Source: Escherichia phage JY01. From it: DNA of 64,000 bases. The stretch lies in the sequence record OR995200.1. One strand, 5' to 3'. Below, piece after piece: positions 45,649 to 55,605 of the stretch; the first letter of the stretch is position 1, and each line of letters begins with the position of its first letter. The position numbers were made by a program, and so were the translations under genes. The notes below the pieces were generated by a model, which did no database searches, was not told the origin of the DNA, and saw only the letters and a program-made list of their open reading frames with translations.

Positions 45649-45825
45649 TTACCCTTTAAGTAAGTCGTAAAATCCACCATTCACATGCTTAGGAGCAGAA
45701 GGCCGACGAGTAGACAAACGATGACATTTAGGGCAAACATCATTTTCTCGTTCAGAAATCTTTTTAATTTTTTCATATTCATGCCCGCAATCTTCGGATT
45801 GGCATTTATAATCATACATTGGCAT
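45649..45825 (-). CDS. small zinc-ribbon protein
   Basis: 58-codon ORF MPMYDYKCQSEDCGHEY...CPKCH with two CxxC pairs; below track cutoff. Confidence 0.45.
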   Translation of the reverse strand: MPMYDYKCQSEDCGHEYEKIKKISERENDVCPKCHRLSTRRPSAPKHVNGGFYDLLKG

Positions 45826-45827
45826 AA

Positions 45828-46247
45828 TTATTCCTTAAAGTGTGCTTTCAACATCTGATACAAGGACCATGCCTGTTCATTATTTTCAATAGTAACTTTC
45901 ATGACTGGGAATTCTGTGAAATCTTCTATTTGTTCTTGCTCTTCCTGCTCTTGTTCTTCAGCTGCCTGATATGGATTTTCCACTTCATCAAAGAACCCAG
46001 CTTCGGTAGTAGAAAGCCAGATAAAGTTTTCGTCAAGGATATCACCATGTGTTGCATATCCAACTGTGCCAGTAGATGTCACAATTTTAGTAGGACGACC
46101 AAGATGGTCAACATCTAAAATTTTAAAAGGATGCATACCTAAACGGCGTGCATAGATTCCGTTATCAGTATGGTCTTTAATAAAATTTTCTTGAGCTTGT
46201 TTATTTTTAAATTGATACCATTTATTAACTTCAAATTTAATAGCCAT
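45828..46247 (-). CDS. hypothetical acidic protein
   Basis: 139 aa with an [10 protein letters not shown] acidic tract. Confidence 0.45.
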   Translation of the reverse strand: MAIKFEVNKWYQFKNKQAQENFIKDHTDNGIYARRLGMHPFKILDVDHLGRPTKIVTSTGTVGYATHGDILDENFIWLSTTEAGFFDEVENPYQAAEEQEQEEQEQIEDFTEFPVMKVTIENNEQAWSLYQMLKAHFKE

Positions 46248-46462
46248 TAATAAATTTCCTTCCAGTAAGTTGTGCCATCTTCAGTAATTTCACGAAATAC
46301 ACCGTAAATTGGTTGTTTATCACCAACCTTTTCATACACATAAACCGAAGTCAAGTGAGTAAACTTGATGGTGTGTTCCTTTTGAACTACTACCAAATCT
46401 GGATCGAATAATACATCTTCAAATTCGTCATTAGTGCAATTCTGAACAATTTTACGTTTCAT
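46247..46462 (-). CDS. hypothetical protein
   Basis: 71-aa ORF. Confidence 0.4.
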   Translation of the reverse strand: MKRKIVQNCTNDEFEDVLFDPDLVVVQKEHTIKFTHLTSVYVYEKVGDKQPIYGVFREITEDGTTYWKEIY

Positions 46463-46475
46463 TACAATTTCCTCA

Positions 46476-46757
46476 TTAATTGAACAGTGGAGCGATGCGT
46501 TTCAGAAGAGTAGCAGCACCTTTAGCGAATTTTACATCATGAAAAACAGTTTCTTCTTCCGTTACAACACGAACTTTAATGTTTTCACAATCCCAATTTT
46601 TACGAACAATCTTCAAAAGCTGCAGTAAATCTTTACATTCAGCAATATCGATAACACATCCACGAGAATCTTCCATTATCGCACGATAACCGTAAGCCAT
46701 ACCATAATCGTTGAAAGATTGCTCGATGATAATTAAGTTTTCCATTTTATTCTCCAA
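46476..46757 (-). CDS. hypothetical protein
   Basis: 93-aa ORF downstream of a palindromic promoter-like module. Confidence 0.45.
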   Translation of the reverse strand: MENKMENLIIIEQSFNDYGMAYGYRAIMEDSRGCVIDIAECKDLLQLLKIVRKNWDCENIKVRVVTEEETVFHDVKFAKGAATLLKRIAPLFN

Positions 46758-46852
46758 GTTATTTTCTGTATCAGTAGTTGATATTGATATAGTACCATAA
46801 TCAACTACTGATGTATATAGTTTTATGAAAAAATTTTAAACTTTATGCAAAT

Positions 46853-47272
46853 TTATGCTAAAGCTGCTTCGCACCATTTTTTAATTTGGAATTCAGGAAC
46901 TACCATGAACTGGCCTGCAAAAACAATATTGTAGAGCTTGACACCATCTTCTACCCAACGGTCCGAAATAAAACCAGCGACTTGATTCGTTGTCCATGGA
47001 GTTCCATCTGTTGCCGCCGCAATTGTGAATTTATGGTCTTTTACAACTAAAACTGAAGAACAAAGTTTCCATTTAAATGCGCTTTCTTCTGGCTCAATGA
47101 ACTGACTTGAGACATAACCAATGTTACCATCAGCGTCACGAACTTTAACCTCGTTACGACCAAAAACTGGATCACTTACAGAAAGAACTTCAACCAGCTT
47201 TCCTGCAACTTTAGAACGAGAAGCAACGGATACATATACGTAATCACCAGTAGAGAGATTTACAATATTCAT
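46853..47272 (-). CDS. paralog family member A (shared C-terminal domain)
   Basis: 139 aa; N-terminal ASRSKVAGKLVEV and C-terminal GFISDRWVEDGVKLYNIVFAGQF shared with the adjacent ORF. Confidence 0.55.
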   Translation of the reverse strand: MNIVNLSTGDYVYVSVASRSKVAGKLVEVLSVSDPVFGRNEVKVRDADGNIGYVSSQFIEPEESAFKWKLCSSVLVVKDHKFTIAAATDGTPWTTNQVAGFISDRWVEDGVKLYNIVFAGQFMVVPEFQIKKWCEAALA

Positions 47273-47281
47273 AATAATTCC

Positions 47282-47755
47282 TTAAGCTTTACGAGGAGAA
47301 GCATAACGAGTGATTTCAGATTCTTCAACAACCCGGAAGTCACCTAAGAATACGATATTGTAGAGCTTTTCACCATCTTCAACCCATTGGTCTGTGATGA
47401 AGCCACACATCCTATCAGTTTTACTTGGACCAGCGAAATCATCAATATAATCGAATTCTTCATCAGTTACAAATTCAACGCCTTTACACAACGCCCATTT
47501 AAATTGTGCATTAGACTCAGTGGATTCAACTTCTTCAACAGAAGCAAAATGAGAGCTAACACGAGTTTCCAGAAATTTAGGACTTACGTAAGCGTACTGA
47601 GTTTCAGTTTTTCCAGAACTAGGAATGATTCGAACTTTAACTTCTATAACACGACCAGTACCATTAGTACGAAGTCCTACCACTTCAACTAGACGACCTG
47701 CAGCTTTAGAACGAGATGCAGACGATACACGCTTAATTTCACCGATAGTAATCAT
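47282..47755 (-). CDS. paralog family member B
   Basis: 157 aa; ASRSKAAGRLVEV and GFITDQWVEDGEKLYNIVFLGDF motifs. Confidence 0.55.
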   Translation of the reverse strand: MITIGEIKRVSSASRSKAAGRLVEVVGLRTNGTGRVIEVKVRIIPSSGKTETQYAYVSPKFLETRVSSHFASVEEVESTESNAQFKWALCKGVEFVTDEEFDYIDDFAGPSKTDRMCGFITDQWVEDGEKLYNIVFLGDFRVVEESEITRYASPRKA

Positions 47756-47827
47756 AATTTTTCTCTCTTTATTGTTAAGATTTATTCTCCATGAGAGCCA
47801 TTATAACAGGCTCTCTATAAAGTAAAC

Positions 47828-48322
47828 TTAATTAAGGATATTAATTACTGCACTACGTGGAACTACACTAAAATCACCTGCATGAACAACGTTCAGAAGT
47901 TCAACACCGTCTTCAATCCACTGATCAGTTACCCATCCACTCACTGGACCTGCGAACGGACGTCGAATTGAAACAGCTTTACACAACAAATCAGTAGGCT
48001 CAATAGGCTTAACCAGAGTACCGTACATACAAGCGATATCCATATCAATACAGATGTCTTTAACGGGTTCTACTTCTTCAATCAACAGTTCAAAGTCGGT
48101 GCTTGGAAGGGCGGTAGTAGAAATTGTACCGTATGAATTTTTAATTTCTAAGAATAACCAAGAGCCTTCAACTTGTTTGATGAAGTTAACAATAGTGAAA
48201 CTATTACCTTGAGTGGCGCCTAAAATTTCACAAAACTTTTCATAAGCTCGCACTGAAGCACCATACCAGTTGATTTGCTTTTCGTCTTTCAGGATGTAAG
48301 TAGCTGTAGTACTGATATTCAT
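47828..48322 (-). CDS. paralog family member C (C-terminal domain only)
   Basis: 164 aa; C-terminal GWVTDQWIEDGVELLNVVHAGDF matches A and B. Confidence 0.55.
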   Translation of the reverse strand: MNISTTATYILKDEKQINWYGASVRAYEKFCEILGATQGNSFTIVNFIKQVEGSWLFLEIKNSYGTISTTALPSTDFELLIEEVEPVKDICIDMDIACMYGTLVKPIEPTDLLCKAVSIRRPFAGPVSGWVTDQWIEDGVELLNVVHAGDFSVVPRSAVINILN

Positions 48323-48334
48323 GATGTTTTCCCC

Positions 48335-48838
48335 TTAATCTAAGGTAATAAAGCCTTTTAATTCGGCATGTGACTTGCGGAACATTACTTGATGACCGCC
48401 AATGATAACTTGGTCATCAGGTACTTCGTATACAGCGAGATAAAATCCTTTAGAAGCTAATTCTTCACGCTCTTCTCGTGTGAACCATCTCATCATATCA
48501 TATTCGCTAGCGAAAGCAAAATGATAAAGAGCTATAAACCATCCTGGAATATAGTGATCTACGCCTACATATTCTTCTTTCTCAAAATTAGTATTAATTG
48601 CTATATTAGCATTTTTAACTAATAGTTTGTCTTCGTGCGGAAGAGGAATTCTTTTATTATCATTACTATGATGCATAAAATTAGGTCTGTCATAACCTAC
48701 GTGTAATAACCACTCTTCACTCCATGAATCTATTATACTCCTGTACGGAGTTATTTGAACACAAAGATCTCGACGTATTGTTATAGCATCTTCATAATTA
48801 AGAATACTAAATGATGATTCAACACGATAAATTTTCAT
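48335..48838 (-). CDS. hypothetical protein
   Basis: 167 aa from MKIYRVESS; the track ORF start lies inside the promoter module. Confidence 0.45.
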   Translation of the reverse strand: MKIYRVESSFSILNYEDAITIRRDLCVQITPYRSIIDSWSEEWLLHVGYDRPNFMHHSNDNKRIPLPHEDKLLVKNANIAINTNFEKEEYVGVDHYIPGWFIALYHFAFASEYDMMRWFTREEREELASKGFYLAVYEVPDDQVIIGGHQVMFRKSHAELKGFITLD

Positions 48839-48862
48839 TTTATTATCCTCAGTAGCTATGGT

Positions 48863-48895
48863 GTTATAATACCACAACTAACCGAGGAAGTAAAC
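48863..48895 (-). promoter_or_regulatory. T4-type early promoter module
   Basis: GTTTAC at 48890-48895 with a TATAAT-containing -10. Confidence 0.5.
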
Positions 48896-48901
48896 AACTT
48901 T

Positions 48902-49585
48902 TTATCGTTTTGTTGGAAGAGACAGAGGATCGCACTCTTCCTCTGACGGAGCATCTTCAAGACCCATAGCGTATCGCAAAGCATACTTCATCATCAGGAT
49001 GTCTTTCGCGCAGTCATGAATAGAATCATGTGCAACGAATCCATCTAAAGTTCCTTTTGGAAGAGGACACGTGGTCATATCACGAACAAGCAGAAGTGCT
49101 TCAATTCTGGTACGAATATCACGCTGATTCCAGAATTTACAAGGTTCTAACTTAAATGTATCAAGCTCATTCTCGGAAACGCCGTTAAGACGTTGAATAT
49201 CGCGAATGAGATCGACTAAAATTGGAAAATCAAACGACATTCCACGGCACCAACCTTGAGATTTCCAAGGATCGATATTATGCGCATTGATGTAATCATT
49301 AAATTTTGCAATACCATCGATAGTGCTTACATCTTCATCTGATGGCGCAATATTTTTTCGAGCTTCAGGAGATTGATTCTTCCACCATTCGATAGTGCTT
49401 TTAGTAAAAAGACGATGTCCTTTTTGACTTTTTAAGTCAAATTTAATTTTAATGCCACGTGAAACTAGTTCATCGAATGTTTCAACAACTTCCGGGTTAG
49501 GGTCAAAAGCAATTACAGCCAAATCAATAACAGCTGCTTTTTCACCGCTTCCCATCGTTTCAAAATCTATAATAAAATCAAACAT
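48902..49585 (-). CDS. dexA: exonuclease A (DnaQ-like 3'-5' exonuclease)
   Basis: 227 aa, same as T4 DexA; N-terminal FDFIIDFETMG exonuclease motif. Confidence 0.85.
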   Translation of the reverse strand: MFDFIIDFETMGSGEKAAVIDLAVIAFDPNPEVVETFDELVSRGIKIKFDLKSQKGHRLFTKSTIEWWKNQSPEARKNIAPSDEDVSTIDGIAKFNDYINAHNIDPWKSQGWCRGMSFDFPILVDLIRDIQRLNGVSENELDTFKLEPCKFWNQRDIRTRIEALLLVRDMTTCPLPKGTLDGFVAHDSIHDCAKDILMMKYALRYAMGLEDAPSEEECDPLSLPTKR

Positions 49586-49827
49586 TAAACTTTCCTCGCT
49601 AAATCGCGAATTTGACCTACAGTATAATCTTGGATATAAACTTTATTAATGGGCTCATCAATAAATTTTGCCATAGATTCAATATCTTTTTGCATCTCTT
49701 CAAGACTGTATACTATCTTTGAAGCTTTTTCACGAATAGTTACATTTTCAGGTCCTGGATTTTCTTCAATGACAGCTTTAACATTTGCCATAAGAGATTT
49801 AAACTGATACCAACTTAATTCAATCAT
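49585..49827 (-). CDS. hypothetical protein (dexA.x)
   Basis: 80-aa ORF. Confidence 0.45.
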   Translation of the reverse strand: MIELSWYQFKSLMANVKAVIEENPGPENVTIREKASKIVYSLEEMQKDIESMAKFIDEPINKVYIQDYTVGQIRDLARKV

Positions 49828-50080
49828 TAATAATCGCCTTATAAAGATGGCTAATTTCGCCTAAAACATAATCACTGATTGTAACAGTTTTCACTTCACC
49901 ACAAAAGAATTCTAACGCAATTAAATCTCGTTCAATTTCTTCTAATTGAAGCATTAACTTGCCAGATTCAATTTTTACATTTCTACGATTTTTACTATAA
50001 GCTATTTCATAAATTTCGCTCACATTATCTTGAAGCAGATAAAACTGGTCTTTAGTTATTTCCACGAATAGCTTCCTCAA
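49820..50080 (-). CDS. hypothetical protein (dexA.x)
   Basis: 86-aa ORF. Confidence 0.45.
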   Translation of the reverse strand: MRKLFVEITKDQFYLLQDNVSEIYEIAYSKNRRNVKIESGKLMLQLEEIERDLIALEFFCGEVKTVTISDYVLGEISHLYKAIIND

Positions 50081-50312
50081 ATTTAATTAGTAATTTACAG
50101 ACACTTTCATCTAGTGTAATTACCGTATCTGTATTACTGTGATATGATTGTTTTTCAATTCGTTTAATTGCTAATATAGTATCACTTATAAGATAAAGCT
50201 TATGAAGGAGCTCAGCTCCTGTTACCATAACATCGAGATTATCTTGCTTATTAGTATGCTTCCTTATACCATCTATTAGACGATTTAAATATTTTGAATT
50301 GATGTTAATCAT
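50052..50312 (-). CDS. hypothetical protein
   Basis: 86-aa ORF. Confidence 0.4.
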   Translation of the reverse strand: MININSKYLNRLIDGIRKHTNKQDNLDVMVTGAELLHKLYLISDTILAIKRIEKQSYHSNTDTVITLDESVCKLLIKFEEAIRGNN

Positions 50313-50318
50313 ATAGCC

Positions 50319-51638
50319 TCACACATAAAACACATCATAACGACCACGTGTTACACCAACATAAAGAAGCTGCTGAGCTAGTTCAGCATCTGCATAATGA
50401 ATACAAGGCGTATAAATGAAAGCACGGTCTACAGACATACCCTGGGCTTTATGGAATGTTGATGCAGGAAGTGCTTTCACTTTACTAAACTGTGATTTAG
50501 CATCCCAAAAATCACTCCACGGAGCCTTTCCGCCTTTATTCCAATTTTTATAAGTTTCTGCCGTTTTACCTAAAAACAGGTTAAACTTATATAGCTCTTC
50601 ATCAGATGAAATTATTTTAATCTTTTCACGATAATATTCATCATCGCCGTAAGTTTCTACTGTTAAATCCCAATGACGAATTAAGTATTCTCCAGGAACA
50701 CCACGAGCTTTAACAAACGTTGATGTATACTCTGCTTCTATAATACGAACTAATTGTCCGTTATTAAAAATAATTTCTGATACCGGTTTTCCGTCAATTT
50801 TATACGTTTTAATTAACGGTTCTTGCATTACAATAATTTCACCGACAATAAAATCTTTATCAGTTTCAAAAATCTTTTTACGAATAATGCTATTTAACTT
50901 GTCAACAGATTTATTCGTAAATGCCATTACGCGATTTTCAAACAAATCATCTAATGATTTTACGATTGAAAAATAATTTACCATAAAATCGCGTAAAGCG
51001 GTATCACCAGTAAATCCACGTACTCCATGCCCGTCAACAACTTTATCATAAATCCACTTACCGTTGCGAACATCAGTAGCTACATCAATAATAGGAGCAT
51101 TACTGCGTTTAACTTCAGTAAGTTCACACTGATAAAAATCTTTGTGTGTAAAGAATGGACTGATATAAGCAGTATTTTCTCCTGGATCAACAGGTCTAAT
51201 TTGCTTATTATCACCTATTCCAATTATAGTACACCACGGCGGGATAGTTGAAAGCAGAATTTTAAATAGCTTTCTATCATACATTGACACTTCATCGCAG
51301 ATTAATACTCTGCATTTAGCTAAATCTGGTACTTCTTTTTGTTCAAAAAGAACGTTTTCTTCATATGTTACCGGGTTAATTTTAAGAATGCTGTGAATAG
51401 TACTCGCTTCTTTCCCTGATAGTTTTGAAAGAATCTTTTTAGCTGCATGTGTAGGAGCTGCTAAAATAATACCAGTTTCACCCGTAGATATTAAAGCTTC
51501 AATGATGAATTTAGTAAGAGTAGTCTTACCGGTACCAGCAGGTCCATTAATAGTTACATGATGTTTCTTTTCTTTAATAGCCTTCATAACAATGTTAAAG
51601 GCATTTTTCTGGCCTTCGGTCAAATCATCAAATGTCAT
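50319..51638 (-). CDS. dda: Dda DNA helicase (SF1B)
   Basis: 439 aa, same as T4 Dda; Walker A GPAGTGKTT. Confidence 0.95.
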   Translation of the reverse strand: MTFDDLTEGQKNAFNIVMKAIKEKKHHVTINGPAGTGKTTLTKFIIEALISTGETGIILAAPTHAAKKILSKLSGKEASTIHSILKINPVTYEENVLFEQKEVPDLAKCRVLICDEVSMYDRKLFKILLSTIPPWCTIIGIGDNKQIRPVDPGENTAYISPFFTHKDFYQCELTEVKRSNAPIIDVATDVRNGKWIYDKVVDGHGVRGFTGDTALRDFMVNYFSIVKSLDDLFENRVMAFTNKSVDKLNSIIRKKIFETDKDFIVGEIIVMQEPLIKTYKIDGKPVSEIIFNNGQLVRIIEAEYTSTFVKARGVPGEYLIRHWDLTVETYGDDEYYREKIKIISSDEELYKFNLFLGKTAETYKNWNKGGKAPWSDFWDAKSQFSKVKALPASTFHKAQGMSVDRAFIYTPCIHYADAELAQQLLYVGVTRGRYDVFYV

Positions 51639-51946
51639 CGGAAAGTCCCTGCAATTGGAATACTAACAATACGCCCAGTATCTAGAATTCGTTGATATAA
51701 TCTTTGTGTATCTACATCAGGCTTAACATGTTTAACTTCTATTTTATTAAACCAAAACTTGCGTGGAGTCTCAACTAGTCTTGGAATTCCCATACCTAAA
51801 GCTAGTTTATATTGGTCTTTGAGAGTAGTAAAAACTCTATCAGCAATCTCTCTTTCAAAAAACACAGCAGGACGATGTTCATCAAGTGGAACTGGCGCCG
51901 TAAATCCGTCTTTGTCTCGGTAAACTATCGCATATACATAAACCAT
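51635..51946 (-). CDS. hypothetical protein (dda.1 position)
   Basis: 103-aa ORF. Confidence 0.45.
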   Translation of the reverse strand: MVYVYAIVYRDKDGFTAPVPLDEHRPAVFFEREIADRVFTTLKDQYKLALGMGIPRLVETPRKFWFNKIEVKHVKPDVDTQRLYQRILDTGRIVSIPIAGTFR

Positions 51947-51947
51947 A

Positions 51948-52694
51948 TTATCCTCGGATAAGTTTAAAAATTGAACAATTTAGCGGGTATCCTCTTTTCA
52001 GTTTAAGTTTATCAATAAAAGACAAGTTTTGATACCGCTCTACACCTTGAATAATTTTATCACACATGTCATATTGCATTTCTGCTTCTGACAACTTTTT
52101 CACAATTTTCCAATCCGAGCCTTTAAGAAGAACGTTCAGTTTAACAACTTCAGCGCCTTCTGCTATGCGAGAACCATCAATACGAGCTTTAAGTGCTATA
52201 ATCCTTAGCTTAATGTCAGAGGTCTGTTTTGATTTAGAAAGCTGAGAAATGTGTTCAATTCGATTTTCACGCTTTTTCTGTATAGCTTTAATTTGATTAT
52301 AAGTCTTTTTGATTTTAGCCCATTTCTTTTCATCTAAATTTAGTTTATGAACTTTTTTCGCAGATGAACGACCAATTCGCAAAGCAAATAAATCCCGTTT
52401 TTCAATCAACTCTTCTAAAGTATAATCAGAACGAAATGTATTATACTTTTTCTTTACTGCAATAACGTTCCCTTTAATGTATCCAATGTTATTATCAAAA
52501 CGTTCTAATGATAATTTCTCTCCTTCAATACGATTATCAAAAGGTTCTCCCGAGTAAGCACAAACTTTTTGATCTAAAATGTTCTTAATGTAATTGAAGT
52601 CTAAGTTAAAATCTTTAGAACGTCTTTTTGCAGATGCCTGAGTGTGCTCTAAACGACGTTTAATTTTACGAATTTGATTATTAGACAGTTTCAT
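51948..52694 (-). CDS. Srd-like basic protein
   Basis: 248 aa, highly basic; position between dda and modA as T4 srd; identity not verified. Confidence 0.4.
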   Translation of the reverse strand: MKLSNNQIRKIKRRLEHTQASAKRRSKDFNLDFNYIKNILDQKVCAYSGEPFDNRIEGEKLSLERFDNNIGYIKGNVIAVKKKYNTFRSDYTLEELIEKRDLFALRIGRSSAKKVHKLNLDEKKWAKIKKTYNQIKAIQKKRENRIEHISQLSKSKQTSDIKLRIIALKARIDGSRIAEGAEVVKLNVLLKGSDWKIVKKLSEAEMQYDMCDKIIQGVERYQNLSFIDKLKLKRGYPLNCSIFKLIRG

Positions 52695-52722
52695 ATTTTT
52701 CTCACATCTTACGGACGATTGA

Positions 52723-52758
52723 CTACTATACTATAACATTTTTACCTTAACTTGTAAA
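52723..52758 (-). promoter_or_regulatory. early promoter upstream of the srd-like gene
   Basis: GTTTAC at 52753-52758 with a TATAGT-type -10. Confidence 0.5.
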
Positions 52759-52815
52759 CAACTTTATGAAAAATGCTTTAAAACTTTCATGGTATAATGA
52801 ATCTAAGTCCTTCCA

Positions 52816-53418
52816 TTATAGATTAAATCCTTCAAAATCAAGAGTATAGATAGTGTATGTTGAATACTTTTTATACTCATATCTATCTGCAATTCTAAAT
52901 ACACTTCCAGCTGGTATCATTACTTCTTGTTCATCTGAAACTAATTCCATATTACGATAACGATGGCTATCCGGAAACTTAAAGTTTGGATTGTATTCTT
53001 TACAACGTAGAGCTTTTATAGCATACTCCTGGAAATTGAATACCATAGGAGCTTTGAATTCAAAAATAACCTGTGTGTTATACTCTAAACCGGAAGCAAA
53101 ATGTAGAGCTATATTTTTATCATATGAAGCTGATACGACTTTATCAAATGTAATAATATCAATTCCTTGATTTAACACCTGCTTAGTCTCAATTGGAACA
53201 CCTCTCCAAAGAGGTTTATCGTTTGGAACCAAACGAGATTTAATTATTTCATTTAACCAAGTATGGTCATCTGGTTTGTTGGTAATACAATGAATTAAAA
53301 GTTCAATTTCAGATAAATTAAACCCTTCAGAAAGTAATTCTTCACGAATAGAAGCACGCACCGATGCATCCATTGATTTTATTTTAAAATCTTTTAGTTG
53401 CATTACTGAGTATTTCAT
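52816..53418 (-). CDS. modA: ADP-ribosyltransferase ModA
   Basis: 200 aa; R-S-ExE ART motifs (LWRG..., ...SASY..., SDEQEVMIP); paired with modB. Confidence 0.7.
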   Translation of the reverse strand: MKYSVMQLKDFKIKSMDASVRASIREELLSEGFNLSEIELLIHCITNKPDDHTWLNEIIKSRLVPNDKPLWRGVPIETKQVLNQGIDIITFDKVVSASYDKNIALHFASGLEYNTQVIFEFKAPMVFNFQEYAIKALRCKEYNPNFKFPDSHRYRNMELVSDEQEVMIPAGSVFRIADRYEYKKYSTYTIYTLDFEGFNL

Positions 53419-54038
53419 TCAACTACCTCAATATCATAAACTTTAAATGTTCCAAATGAATCGTGTAATTTTTCTTTTGAAATAGAAGTTATTTTATACT
53501 TTCCAATTGGAATCATCCATTCTTGTTCACGCACAATCATCATTAAGTTATCAGTTCTTTCTGAATCTAACCCGTCAGTATCTTCATACGTGTACTTAAA
53601 CTCAGTATTAGGAGAAGAAAGTATAATATCGCTGATATGGTCAGAATAATTAAAAGCTTTATCAGTTTTTAAGCGAAAAATTATTTCAGTGAAATACTCA
53701 AAATAAGAAAAACCACATGCTGTGTGCAAACTAGTAGTAAATGAATCTACCCTGTTCGTTGAAAACACTTCTCCAACTTGTAAATCTTTAATAAGTTCTT
53801 TTGTCGATTTTGATATACCACGATATAATTGATAAGGCGATTTAGTTAAATGCTTTTTAATGATTTTATTCAATTGCCGATGAAGAGCTTCATTCTTTTT
53901 GGCTTCCATACATTGCCAAAGAACAGACTGCTCAAAGTCAGTAAATTTTTCACAGACTTTTTTATACATATCATATTGAAAATCAACGCTTTCAGCTTTT
54001 ATAGATAACTGTTCAACATCTGCAAGATTAATAATCAT
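53415..54038 (-). CDS. modB: ADP-ribosyltransferase ModB
   Basis: 207 aa; R-S-ExE motifs (LYRGIS, FSTNRV, REQEWMIP). Confidence 0.7.
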   Translation of the reverse strand: MIINLADVEQLSIKAESVDFQYDMYKKVCEKFTDFEQSVLWQCMEAKKNEALHRQLNKIIKKHLTKSPYQLYRGISKSTKELIKDLQVGEVFSTNRVDSFTTSLHTACGFSYFEYFTEIIFRLKTDKAFNYSDHISDIILSSPNTEFKYTYEDTDGLDSERTDNLMMIVREQEWMIPIGKYKITSISKEKLHDSFGTFKVYDIEVVE

Positions 54039-54105
54039 GATAGCCTCCGTATACTTCAGAAGCTATCATATCATCGTTAGAAAGGAAAGTAAACAACTTT
54101 TTGAA

Positions 54106-54288
54106 TTATTTTGCCCAGGGAGCCCAAGGCGGAGGGTCAAGATGGTATGAAGCTAGTTCTTCTAGAAGAGCATCTGGGGCTTCAATTCCATAATTCTGTA
54201 ATACTATACGGTATTCTTTCTTATAATCACTAGAATCATTCTGGATATTCGTAGAATGATTATCTTCTAACATCTCAAATAAATCCAT
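54106..54288 (-). CDS. hypothetical acidic protein
   Basis: 60-aa ORF. Confidence 0.35.
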   Translation of the reverse strand: MDLFEMLEDNHSTNIQNDSSDYKKEYRIVLQNYGIEAPDALLEELASYHLDPPPWAPWAK

Positions 54289-54296
54289 ACTAATTC

Positions 54297-54767
54297 CTAG
54301 CGATAAAAACCAAAGTAACGATTAGCTTCAATAATCTTTCTTTCTTCTTCGGACATTCTCCAGCGTAGTCCAACATCAAAATGAGCCCAGACCATCTTAA
54401 CAAATGCATTTATATCTTTAATATCTTCAATAATGAATGTTTTACTTTTAGAAGGTTGACTCGCTAATTTAACTTTATCGTCTTCAAACATGTCAAAAAG
54501 ACCATATTCATGAGCTCTTTTATAGCCTTTAATAGTTAAAGCTTCAGAAGAAGAAAACGGTGAATCAGTATTCTGCAAAATATCTTCAGTATGCTTTATA
54601 ATTAGAATAACATTTTCTGGATATTTTCTTTCTTTTATATCTTTAATTAAAATATCCGGATTTTCTGCTAAAGGAATAATTAATGAGCACTTTTTATCAA
54701 GTGTATTTACTGATTTACCTTCTTTGGACATAAATTCTATTGAATAATGTTTTGCTACTTCAATCAT
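54297..54767 (-). CDS. hypothetical protein
   Basis: 156-aa ORF. Confidence 0.45.
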   Translation of the reverse strand: MIEVAKHYSIEFMSKEGKSVNTLDKKCSLIIPLAENPDILIKDIKERKYPENVILIIKHTEDILQNTDSPFSSSEALTIKGYKRAHEYGLFDMFEDDKVKLASQPSKSKTFIIEDIKDINAFVKMVWAHFDVGLRWRMSEEERKIIEANRYFGFYR

Positions 54768-54920
54768 GTGATTTCCTTTTGCCTACTAATGGACCGTCAG
54801 GAATTTTATTTTCCTGAATGTATTTTTCATTTTCTTCCATCATTTTACTGCCAATTTTAAGAAGCAAATCCAAAGCTTCATTTGCTTTAGCCTTTGCCTC
54901 TTCTAACGTCATATCTTTGG

Positions 54921-55124
54921 TCATGATTTATCACCATAGATGTCTCTCATCAATTTAAGCGCTGAGCGTTCTAATTTCTTTTCTTTCTCAGCACTAATCA
55001 TTGATTTCATCCATTCTTCTGACTCGTTCTGCATTTCTTTATTTGCTTGTTCAACCCAACCATCATCAATATACATTGAGTTTGGTCTATTGAACCATTC
55101 AAGCATTTTCTTTAGGACTTTCAT
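54921..55124 (-). CDS. hypothetical protein
   Basis: 67-aa ORF. Confidence 0.4.
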   Translation of the reverse strand: MKVLKKMLEWFNRPNSMYIDDGWVEQANKEMQNESEEWMKSMISAEKEKKLERSALKLMRDIYGDKS

Positions 55125-55605
55125 TCATTTTACCTAAAACAATAGTAGGAGCATCGTCAAATTTATGAATTTTTAGCAAATTTGGAGTTAATTTATTCCA
55201 TAAAGAAGTAATAAAATATGATAGCGCAATTTCTTCCGCAATTATGAATTTATTTCCCTTATCTCCCTTATCTATTTTCCAGTCATGTACTGAATCATAT
55301 GAATAGAAGGACAACGGTTTATTGTTATAAAATGCTTCACCAGCATCAATATAGTTAGATTTAGTAAATGCTTGAATTGACGTAAATGGAGAATTTTGTA
55401 CAGTTTCAATAATTCCGATCTTTTTAAGTTTTATTTCAACATCTTCTGGAACTGGCATTGAAATAAAATCTTCTACTAGATACATGCTATTGTCATATCT
55501 TTTGTCAATCATTACTGCTACAGTAATTGGAACATCCTTGACAAACACCGTACTAATACTATTGATAAACATTTCAAACAAAATTGCTTCCATAATTTTC
55601 CTCAA
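55099..55605 (-). CDS. hypothetical protein
   Basis: 168-aa ORF. Confidence 0.45.
   Translation of the reverse strand: MRKIMEAILFEMFINSISTVFVKDVPITVAVMIDKRYDNSMYLVEDFISMPVPEDVEIKLKKIGIIETVQNSPFTSIQAFTKSNYIDAGEAFYNNKPLSFYSYDSVHDWKIDKGDKGNKFIIAEEIALSYFITSLWNKLTPNLLKIHKFDDAPTIVLGKMNESPKENA

Noticed and set aside
51948-52694. Basic 248-aa ORF as a possible HNH homing endonuclease
   Set aside because: No clear HNH or GIY-YIG catalytic motif was found by eye; position and size fit the T4 srd gene better, though this is unverified
52788-52797. Plus-strand extended -10 element (TGGTATAAT) between srd and modA as an antisense promoter
   Set aside because: An isolated match with no -35 and no downstream plus-strand ORF; probably chance in AT-rich DNA
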